A stretch of DNA of 64,000 nucleotides, from the NCBI GenBank assembly GCA_020639115.1, contig JACKHG010000005.1, forward strand, positions 114,071 through 178,070. Reading direction: 5' to 3'. The notes beneath the pieces are model-generated. The model was not told where the DNA came from, ran no database searches, and saw nothing but the letters and a program-made list of their open reading frames with translations. This document shows positions 37,738 to 44,846 of this stretch, piece by piece. The position numbers were made by a program, and so were the translations under genes. Numbering within the stretch: the first letter of the stretch is position 1; each line of letters starts with the position of its first letter. The stretch is from Phycisphaerales bacterium (GTDB lineage Bacteria > Planctomycetota > Phycisphaerae > UBA1845).

Positions 37738-38448
37738 CCCGGGGTAGCTGCCTGACTGCTGACGCACCGCACGTAGCACCAGCCACCCCTGCGGTAAAGT
37801 GCCGCACGCGGGGAGCTGCCGTTTTGCAGTCGCCCAGCCCCCGTGCCCGTACCAGCCGGTACGGATCACGCCATGCCAGTAGCGCCCGGCCTCCTGGACG
37901 ACCGCGGCTGGGGAGGTAAGTACGCGTTTGCTGGAATCCTGCAATCCAGCGCGTAACCCTTGCCCGAGCCCACCTTGGCGTTCGCCGCCCGCAACGTGAA
38001 CTTCGCGCTCTCGGCGATCTGCCGTCAACCGACAGCTGGCGGCCAACCGCCGGCGGTAGGCTTTTACTTTAGAGCGTGCCAGGAACAGCGAGCCCTTATA
38101 GAACACCCTCACGCCGCCGGTGTGCCGGCTCTCCGCCTGCCTGCCCAAAAACGTTGCGCCGCAAGGCCCGGGGTTGCCGGGCAGCGGCTACCCTGGGTAA
38201 TCCCGTCCATTGCGAAACCCTACTCCAACGGAGTTGCCGCGCCGTGCCCGCAGACCGCCAGCCCGCGCCGCACCGAACCCTCATGATTGTTCGACCAGGT
38301 AATCGCCCGTCAGCAGCGAGCCCGCGGACGCGCCGTGTCGCGGCAGCGGCTGCCGAGCGGGGAGATCGAAGTGCTCATCGAGGGATACCGCTGACTCCGT
38401 CGTGCACACTTCGGCACCTGATAGCTAAAGAAAAGAAGGAGGCTGAAC

Positions 38449-38655
38449 ATGCCCAGAGGCAAGCACCTCAAGGTCATCATCGCCATCGACGGATCATGCA
38501 GCGTCGATGCGCTCAACTTCACCGGGTCCGCATGCCGCGTCGCCACGCTGGAGATCACCTCCATGCTGGGCGGCGATATCACCGAACAGCACGACAGGCC
38601 CGAGGCCCGGCTGCGTGAGCGGGCCAGCCAGGCTGAGCGAGAGGGGGCACGATGA
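38449..38655 (+). CDS. small protein (68 aa), DUF2997-like by pattern
   Basis: Strong AAGGAGG RBS 6 nt upstream. MPRGKHLKVIIAIDGSCSVDALNFTGSACRVATLEITSMLGG fits the I.I..DG....v.G..G..C...T..le..LG pattern as I recall it. Confidence 0.55.
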   Translation: MPRGKHLKVIIAIDGSCSVDALNFTGSACRVATLEITSMLGGDITEQHDRPEARLRERASQAEREGAR

Positions 38656-38975
38656 CCAGGATCAGGATCGCGTCCGACGGCACGGTGCGAGGGCTGTGGA
38701 CGGACGACGTGGTCTGGCGGGCGATCGGCCAGGTCGCAGTACGTCGGGCATCGCACGTGGAATTCTCCACGCGCCGTCAGCTTTGGTACGTCCGCGACGG
38801 CCGTGTGCGCAACGCGCTTACAGCGATCGTCCAGTTCGTGCTTCGGCGGCCGTGCGGTAAGATCCTGCATTGGGCCAGCAGCCGATCGGACGCATTGGCC
38901 TGGGAGGCGGCGCACTTCGGCGTCGGCGGTCCCGGCTGGGCCCATCGTTCGCGGCAGCGCAACGCAGTGAGCTGA
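38652..38975 (+). CDS. hypothetical protein (107 aa), mobile-element-type
   Basis: ATGA overlap with the previous gene. MTRIRIASDGTVRGLWTDD...RRASHVEF...WYV. Confidence 0.5.
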   Translation: MTRIRIASDGTVRGLWTDDVVWRAIGQVAVRRASHVEFSTRRQLWYVRDGRVRNALTAIVQFVLRRPCGKILHWASSRSDALAWEAAHFGVGGPGWAHRSRQRNAVS

Positions 38976-38980
38976 CCCGC

Positions 38981-39244
38981 TTGTTTCCCACGAGACTCAA
39001 TGAAGCGTCAGGAGTCGAAGAGACGCCGCTCACGTCGAAGCAACGACAAGCCCACCTCGCTGGAGGCGGCTGCAATTGTCCTTTTTGCGGATGTCCCCAG
39101 CTCGACGGCGGACCGGTCGACGTCAACGCAGGTACTGCGGGCCAGGACATCACCCGCCTCGGCTGCAGCCGCTCCTGGCGAGACTGCTACCGGTTGGTCG
39201 AGATAGTCCTCGAACGCGAGCACGCCGGACCAGGCACGAAGTAG
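38981..39244 (+). CDS. possible small zinc-ribbon protein (87 aa, TTG start)
   Basis: In-frame TTG 6 nt after the upstream stop. ..GGCNCPFCGCPQLDGGPVDVNAGTAGQDI..W.DCYRLVEI. There is no ATG, so this is weak. Confidence 0.3.
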   Translation: MFPTRLNEASGVEETPLTSKQRQAHLAGGGCNCPFCGCPQLDGGPVDVNAGTAGQDITRLGCSRSWRDCYRLVEIVLEREHAGPGTK

Positions 39245-39689
39245 ACACGCCCCGGGCCGCCGCACGTCGTGCCCACCCGTGGGGATCGGGTTCTGATACC
39301 TGGGCGCTTCGGCCACACCAGTTCATCCCCACCATGCCCACCCTGCAGGTCGCTGGGGCCTGCCCAAGGAGAAGCGATCAGCGGCGTTCCGCCGCCCGAC
39401 CGGCAGGCCGAATCAGATCCCATCCGCTGCCGGAGATTTCTCGGTGGATTGCTACGTCATTACTACCGCGTTGCCGCGTGAGGTTCTGTCGTCGGGGCGG
39501 CTCACCCCTCCGCACAGTTCTGCTCGCCGACTGGCGACGACTCTGCTATCATGCGCGCGGTCGCGGATGGTCGGCAAAATCAACCCTGCTGCGCCGCGCG
39601 ACCACGCCTTTACGCCGCTCTCCCAAAACTCCAGACTTTGGATGGCCGGGACGTCTACATTCTGGACCCGGTCTACGTGGACCTGCACG

Positions 39690-39762
39690 GGTAAAGATAC
39701 ATGGTGGTGCCATCGAGATCACCCGAATTCGTCACGACCTTCTTCACCCGCCGGCCCAGGCC
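39690..39762 (-). pseudogene. Rhs core fragment (..GLGRRV..VVTNSGDLDGTTMYLY), truncated next to the IS
   Basis: The DNA is nearly identical to 44166-44220 of Rhs gene 43056-44507. The reading frame ends in a stop right after YLY. Confidence 0.6.
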
Positions 39763-39798
39763 TCGTTGAAGGCGAGAGGGTGGTTTGCACGCCCCCCT

Positions 39799-40642
39799 GA
39801 CTAGAACCTATCCCTTTACTTGGTTTCCCATCATGAGCTGACTATCCTACTGCATGCTTAAACTCACGGACGAGCAGTTGGATTGGCTGACGGAACGGAT
39901 TCCGGATCATCAACCCAGCCCGAAGGGCGGACGACCGGCACTCGACAAGCGTCGGGCCATGCAGGGCATTTTCTGGATCCTGGACAACGGCGCCAAATGG
40001 AAGGACCTCCCCAAACGCTTCGGATCCAAGAGTGCCGTGCACCGCTGGTTCAAACGCTGGGTCGAGGACGGCGTATTTGAAAACATCATGCGTGACGCGG
40101 GTCGGCTGGTCGAGGAGCGCGACGGCTACCGGCTCTACGAGTGCTTCATCGACGCCACGTTCAGCAAGGCCAAGGGTGGTGGTGATGGCATCGGGTGCAC
40201 ACGCGCCGGAAAAGGCGTGAAAATCATGGTTCTCGTCGATGCCCGCGGCTTGCCGGTGGCGGTCGATACAGCTTCCGCGAGCCCGCATGAGTCGCAGCTG
40301 GTGCAGCGGCTCTTCGACTTCATGCTCACCAACGACGCGCCCGAGCGCATCGTCGGCGACAAGGCCTACGACAGCGATGGGCTCGATGCAGAACTCGACG
40401 CCGCGGGGATCGAACTGATCGCGCCGCATCGCCGCGATCGCAAGAAGAAGCACAAGACCCAGGACGGCCGCAGCCTGCGCCGGTACAAGCGCCGGTGGAC
40501 TGTGGAACGCACGATCGGCTGGATTCAGCACTTCCGTCGCCTGTGCATCCGCTGGGAGAAGTCGACTCTGATGTTCCAGGGTTTTCTGCATATTGGCTGC
40601 ACGCTACTATTACTCAAAGAGGTTTTGGGATAGCTTCTAGTC
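39799..40642 (+). mobile_element. IS5-family insertion sequence (844 bp)
   Basis: Terminal inverted repeats GACTAGAACCTATCCC (39799-39814) and GGGATAGCTTCTAGTC (40627-40642) match at 15 of 16 positions and enclose one transposase ORF. Confidence 0.85.
39854..40633 (+). CDS. IS5-family DDE transposase
   Basis: MLKLTDEQLDWLTERIP...GGRPALDKRRAMQGIFWILDNGAKWKDLP..FGS...VHRWFKRW...DATF...GDKAYDS...RWTVERTIGW, the classic IS5/IS427-group sequence. Confidence 0.92.
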   Translation: MLKLTDEQLDWLTERIPDHQPSPKGGRPALDKRRAMQGIFWILDNGAKWKDLPKRFGSKSAVHRWFKRWVEDGVFENIMRDAGRLVEERDGYRLYECFIDATFSKAKGGGDGIGCTRAGKGVKIMVLVDARGLPVAVDTASASPHESQLVQRLFDFMLTNDAPERIVGDKAYDSDGLDAELDAAGIELIAPHRRDRKKKHKTQDGRSLRRYKRRWTVERTIGWIQHFRRLCIRWEKSTLMFQGFLHIGCTLLLLKEVLG

Positions 40643-40682
40643 GGAAGCCAACCGAGGTCAAACTCGTCGAAATGTCCCGCAA

Positions 40683-41393
40683 CTAATGCTCGTGCATACT
40701 CTGGCGTAGGGCAAGGGTGGAAATACTCGAGACGACAATTGTAGTAGACACAACGAGGAAGAACCCCATCGCTAGGAGGCGTAGGTTCGGCGCGAGCAGT
40801 GGAATGCCCTGAGCAACGTGCCGGCCTATTACTGCAGTTGCAACGAGGCCCCCAAGCAACGCGCCAAACGCTGTTCGATTTCTCCGTGCTCGTAATCGCC
40901 AAAATGTAGTATGCGTTGGCATAGGCCGATACAAATCTCTGCCACACTCGGGACACACGCAGCTTTGGTTCCCCAGTAGACAATAGCCACACTGACAAGT
41001 GGGCTCATTAGGTCGCGACCGAGGCCAATATCCTGTGGCGATGAGGCAGAAACCTGATAGCAGAAACGGCCATAGGGGGTAAGAGTCGATCCATCCACGA
41101 CCCTGCTCTCCAAGCCTTGGCCACCAAACTGTGCTTTCCCCATCGACCCAGCCTGCCCAAATGTGCTTGCCATTCCAACCAAAAGAACCGTGGGCAATCA
41201 TCACTCCTCCAGGAACAAGTCCCACAACAACTCCATCAGGCACTTGGACATACCCGAAGGTAATGAAAAAACTGCTGGCGAACAGCAAGCAGAGAAAGAG
41301 AAAGGCGGTAATTCGTACGACGCCCTGCGCACGGGGTTCGACATGGGTCTCTTTCCGAACGAACGAGTTCATAGATGCAACCGATCGTAGCAA
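40683..41393 (-). CDS. membrane protein with internal zinc ribbon (CQCGYCLLGNQSCVCPECG); candidate immunity partner of the upstream Rhs-CT
   Basis: Lies 93 nt downstream of Rhs cassette 41487-42740. GC is about 50%. TM helices flank the motif. Confidence 0.6.
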   Translation of the reverse strand: MLRSVASMNSFVRKETHVEPRAQGVVRITAFLFLCLLFASSFFITFGYVQVPDGVVVGLVPGGVMIAHGSFGWNGKHIWAGWVDGESTVWWPRLGEQGRGWIDSYPLWPFLLSGFCLIATGYWPRSRPNEPTCQCGYCLLGNQSCVCPECGRDLYRPMPTHTTFWRLRARRNRTAFGALLGGLVATAVIGRHVAQGIPLLAPNLRLLAMGFFLVVSTTIVVSSISTLALRQSMHEH

Positions 41394-41486
41394 TATCGAT
41401 ATTTCCTCTTGTTTCTACAAATACACCGGTTCGTCGCCCGTGCGAGACTTATTGAGTTCGGCTGTACAGTTTGTATCCATCGCAGA

Positions 41487-42740
41487 TCAGACCCCTGGAG
41501 GAAAGCTTGGTGGCGTAGCTGGAGAGGTCTTGTTTGGCGTATTGTTATCGTTGAAGCAGCTCCATGCCCCTGGACAATTCCAGCTTGTAGGGGCTGAATC
41601 CCTCCACTCGGTGCTCTCTTCGCATCCGCAAACGGTCACGTTCTTTTGCTTGCATTTGCTGTTCCTGGCAACATGTTCGGCTTGCCCATTCGTGCCTCCT
41701 GGACCATCTCTCCCCGACTGACAACTCAGGAAATTGATCGTACCGCCGTCCTTCATCTTTCCACATAATGTGCCCGCTGGAATAGTGCTGGGAGGTCGTG
41801 AGTTCCCGCACCTTACGTACCCTCCGCCGCCAGTGCAACCGTGGGCCCCAATGTCAAGTCTGTCGGCCGAGTCATCCGTTATCTTATTTAGATAATCTTG
41901 GCACTTTGCGCACTTATCGAAAGGCCAAGATTGATCGTATCCAGAGACCTGTCCGAAACCAGGCGTAGAACCTTCATCATAGAATAGGATACTTGTGTGC
42001 CCAGACCAATCGGTTCGGGCAAGTGGACTGGCTGCGGTGGCGACATACAAGTTTTGACCGTCGGCGTATCCGCTACGGGCTACGTGAGATTCGATCAGTG
42101 GATCCCTCTGCATAAAACGCTTCGCCCGCGGCGAATACTGCCGCGCCCGGTTCTGATACGACCCGATTTCCGGATCGAGCACCAGCCCTTGGTGGGCAAA
42201 GAGGTTGCTGCGGCGGCTGTGGGTGGCGGCGGGGACGCGCTGCAGCTCGGTGTCGCTGTTGAGGGTGGCAATGTAGGCGGCGATGGCCGTCTGATCGGCG
42301 CTGTCCACCACGCCGTCGGCATTGGCGTCCAGCCGGCGGCAGTCGCCGCTTGCGGCGCCAGAGCACGTGCCATTTGTCGTCACAGCGTAGTCGTCGTCGT
42401 CCACGTCGCCGTCGTCGTCGTAATCGAACGGGTGGGCCGCCACGACCGCCTCCAGCTCGCCGTACGGGCTGTACCAGTAGCGCTCGATCACCCGGCCGGT
42501 GAGGTCGGTCAGCGCGGTGACGTTCCAGTTGGCGTCCTGGGACGCGTACAGCCGGCCGAGGTCCTTCACCCTCAGGCCGACGACCTCGTCGATGTAGCGC
42601 GTGCCATGGTACACCTGCACCTCCACGTTCCCCAAGCCGTCGAAAGTGCCATGACCCCACTGAGCATTCGGTTGGCCATTGTCAGAGCTCAGAACCATAC
42701 TGCGCCAGTGGTCAGGTTTCCCGATCGATCGGCGTTCCAC
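41487..42740 (-). CDS. orphan (5'-truncated) Rhs repeat-associated core plus variable Cys-rich C-terminal domain (CT1)
   Basis: YD repeats, then ..YWYSPYGE.., then the core end FAHQGLVLDPEIGSYQNRARQYSPRAKRFMQRDPL, then a low-GC unique tail. At 417 aa it is far shorter than full-length Rhs. Confidence 0.78.
   Translation of the reverse strand: MERRSIGKPDHWRSMVLSSDNGQPNAQWGHGTFDGLGNVEVQVYHGTRYIDEVVGLRVKDLGRLYASQDANWNVTALTDLTGRVIERYWYSPYGELEAVVAAHPFDYDDDGDVDDDDYAVTTNGTCSGAASGDCRRLDANADGVVDSADQTAIAAYIATLNSDTELQRVPAATHSRRSNLFAHQGLVLDPEIGSYQNRARQYSPRAKRFMQRDPLIESHVARSGYADGQNLYVATAASPLARTDWSGHTSILFYDEGSTPGFGQVSGYDQSWPFDKCAKCQDYLNKITDDSADRLDIGAHGCTGGGGYVRCGNSRPPSTIPAGTLCGKMKDGGTINFLSCQSGRDGPGGTNGQAEHVARNSKCKQKNVTVCGCEESTEWRDSAPTSWNCPGAWSCFNDNNTPNKTSPATPPSFPPGV
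42110..42633. repeat. 524-bp Rhs-core duplication, copy 1
   Basis: Collinear with 43613-44136 at equal length and roughly 90% identity by eye. Confidence 0.8.
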
Positions 42741-43047
42741 ATTCTGGACAGATCCCGCTCACATTCCCTACCAGACTGTATTGACAAGTTTGACAGTACT
42801 GGCCGCGCGAGCACAAGTTCTTCCATCGAAGCGCTACATATACTCTACGTGAAACAAGGTATGCGATCGGGACAGCGACGAGGGGGCTAACCACCGCAGC
42901 GATATCAAAACGAACCTCCAAGCTGCCAAGTACGACAAGTGGAATGCCGACAATCAGCCAACAGCTCACTGCGAATACGATAATGGAACATGCAGCTGAC
43001 ACATGTCTCGAGAGTCGGGATTGCTTGGCTGTATCGCGTGTCGACAT
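42712..43047 (-). CDS. small membrane protein with C-terminal zinc ribbon (CQTCQYSLVGNVSGICPECG); candidate immunity partner
   Basis: Starts 9 nt after the stop of Rhs gene 43056-44507. Two TM helices. Its 3' end overlaps the annotated start of the next Rhs cassette by 29 nt. Confidence 0.62.
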   Translation of the reverse strand: MSTRDTAKQSRLSRHVSAACSIIVFAVSCWLIVGIPLVVLGSLEVRFDIAAVVSPLVAVPIAYLVSRRVYVALRWKNLCSRGQYCQTCQYSLVGNVSGICPECGTPIDRET

Positions 43048-43055
43048 AATTCAGT

Positions 43056-44507
43056 CTATTCCATGCAGCACCTATTCATAACGTCCTCCGCAGCATTAAT
43101 GCAATTCCTCCAGGGACGCCAACTTTGGTGCTCGTCCCACCACGCCATCTCCCAGCCAACGCAAGTCGCAATCTCGTTGCAGCTCATACTGTTGCAGGGC
43201 TTACCTGCACCTTGATGTGGACTACTTGATCCAGTATTCCTGACCTTCAGCGTGCGACAAGTCGTAAGCGCATTGTGAGTACATGAAAACCACCCAACGG
43301 GAAAACTGTAGCACGTAACGCCGCCACCAGGCTCGTCGGCTTCAAGCCAAGTATGTCCGACGATGAGGGTCTCAATCGCGTCTGCCCACCTTCGACACTT
43401 CCTAATGCCGCATTCGCGCCGTTGATCCGGAAGCCCATCTCCATTGACATCATCGGCATCAGATTGCTGCTGGTCCGAATTGACCGACGTAACTGAATAC
43501 GTTCTGTCATACCCATTCGCAATCCACCCATCAGATCGGCCGCTTGCAGCGACGGTGGGCTGGCTCTCGAGAGTCTGTCCCGCCTTGGTTGCTAGGGCCC
43601 AAGTATGGCGTTGCATAAACCGCTTCGCCCCGGGCGCATACTGCCGCGCCCGGTTCTGATACGACCCGATCTCCGGATCGAGCACCAGGCCCTGGTGGGC
43701 GAAGAGGTTGCCGCGACGGCTGTGGGTGGCGGCTGGCACGCGTTGCAGCTCGGTGTCGCTGTCCAGCGTGGCGAGGTACGCGGCGACGGCCGTGCGGTCG
43801 GCACCGTCCAGCACGCCGTCGGCGTTGGCGTCCAGCCGGCGGCAGTCGCCGGTGGCTGAGCCGCTGCACGTACCGTTGGTGGTCACGGCGTAATCGTCGG
43901 CGTCCACGTCGCCGTCGTCGTCGTAATCGAACGGGTGGGCCGCCACGACGGCCTCCAGCTCGCCGTACGGGCTGTACCAGTAGCGCTCGATCACCCGGCC
44001 GGTGAGGTCGGTCAGCGCGGTGACGTTCCAGTTGGCGTCCTGGGACGCGTACAGCCGGCCGAGGTCCTTCACCCTCAGGCCGACGACCTCGTCGATGTAG
44101 CGTGTGCCGTGGTACACCTGCAGCTCCACGTTCCCCGAGCCGTCCCGCGTCTCGATGATCTGCTGCCCATGGTAAAGATACACGGTGGTGCCATCGAGAT
44201 CACCCGAATTCGTCACGACCTGAGCGCTCCCGCCTTGGTCGCGTTCAGTCACCCGCCGGCCCAGGCCGCCGAGAGCGACTATCTGGATGACCACCTCCTT
44301 CACGCTCCCGCCTTGGTCGGGTTCAGCATTCAGTGTGGCTTTTGACCCACCCCAGACACTCCGTCCTCCTTTGCCTCCTTGTTCAAGCCATGCCGTTGCC
44401 GCCTCAGCGTACTCTGCGTGACGCGGACAACAGGTGCATTCCGGATGCGAGGCGCAAGCCCGGCGCCGGCAACGATTTACGGTGAGAAATGCCGGATTGG
44501 TGGCCAA
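43056..44507 (-). CDS. orphan (5'-truncated) Rhs repeat-associated core plus different Cys-rich C-terminal domain (CT2)
   Basis: Same core as 41487-42740 up to ..AKRFMQR, then a divergent tail (HTWALATKAG...NRCCME). The N-terminal ~60 aa are of doubtful coding quality. Confidence 0.75.
   Translation of the reverse strand: MATNPAFLTVNRCRRRACASHPECTCCPRHAEYAEAATAWLEQGGKGGRSVWGGSKATLNAEPDQGGSVKEVVIQIVALGGLGRRVTERDQGGSAQVVTNSGDLDGTTVYLYHGQQIIETRDGSGNVELQVYHGTRYIDEVVGLRVKDLGRLYASQDANWNVTALTDLTGRVIERYWYSPYGELEAVVAAHPFDYDDDGDVDADDYAVTTNGTCSGSATGDCRRLDANADGVLDGADRTAVAAYLATLDSDTELQRVPAATHSRRGNLFAHQGLVLDPEIGSYQNRARQYAPGAKRFMQRHTWALATKAGQTLESQPTVAASGRSDGWIANGYDRTYSVTSVNSDQQQSDADDVNGDGLPDQRRECGIRKCRRWADAIETLIVGHTWLEADEPGGGVTCYSFPVGWFSCTHNALTTCRTLKVRNTGSSSPHQGAGKPCNSMSCNEIATCVGWEMAWWDEHQSWRPWRNCINAAEDVMNRCCME
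43613..44136. repeat. 524-bp Rhs-core duplication, copy 2
   Basis: See 42110-42633. Confidence 0.8.
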
Positions 44508-44524
44508 GTGTGATATCCCCGGGG
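44473..44524 (+). repeat. ~50-nt element X, copy 3
   Basis: CGATTTACGGTGAGAAATGCCGGATTGGTGGCCAAGTGTGATATCCCCGGGG, about three-quarters identical to copy 2 by eye. Confidence 0.55.
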
Positions 44525-44525
44525 A

Positions 44526-44567
44526 AGCTATCAGCTGTCAGCGGTCAGCTTTCAGCCTTCAGCCAAC
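44526..44567. repeat. heptamer array AGCNNTC x6
   Basis: agctatc agctgtc agcggtc agctttc agccttc agccaac. Confidence 0.8.
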
Positions 44568-44741
44568 GACCGCCAGCCGCTGCGCGGCTGGGGCCCCCAC
44601 TGGCGTGGGGGTTCGGACGTGCAGCCGGAGGTGGGCAGGCTGGAGTCCGGAGGCACGGCGGGCACTGCGTGGCCCGGCCCCCCGTTGGCGTGGGGGGTTC
44701 TGAAGGACCCGGCACGGCAGGCAATAGCGGGCCCGACGGCG

Positions 44742-44797
44742 TGCGACCTTATGCCTGCGACCTTGGACCTTCGACCTGCGACCTGCGACCGTCGACC
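44742..44797. repeat. heptamer array TGCGACC-type x8 (reverse complement of the 37173 array type)
   Basis: tgcgacc ttatgcc tgcgacc ttggacc ttcgacc tgcgacc tgcgacc gtcgacc. Confidence 0.8.
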
Positions 44798-44846
44798 GGC
44801 TATCAAGAACCGCCGTTCTCCGCGTTATCTGCGTCTCTGCGGTTGT

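Noticed and set aside
37696-38148. A 150-aa minus-strand ORF (..KVKAYRRRLAAS..GWYGHGGW..) as a remnant of a group II intron maturase or reverse transcriptase.
   Set aside because: There are only vague similarities at two short strings. No RT motifs (YADD), no domain V/VI-like RNA and poor coding composition.
36837-38448. Calling this region oriC outright.
   Set aside because: I found no cluster of TTATCCACA-like DnaA boxes. The best matches are ATCGCCACA at ~37607 and the repeated ATATCCCC motif, each 6 of 9. dnaA and dnaN are not in the window. Only the skew polarity and an AT-rich patch support the idea, so it stays a hypothesis under the skew finding.
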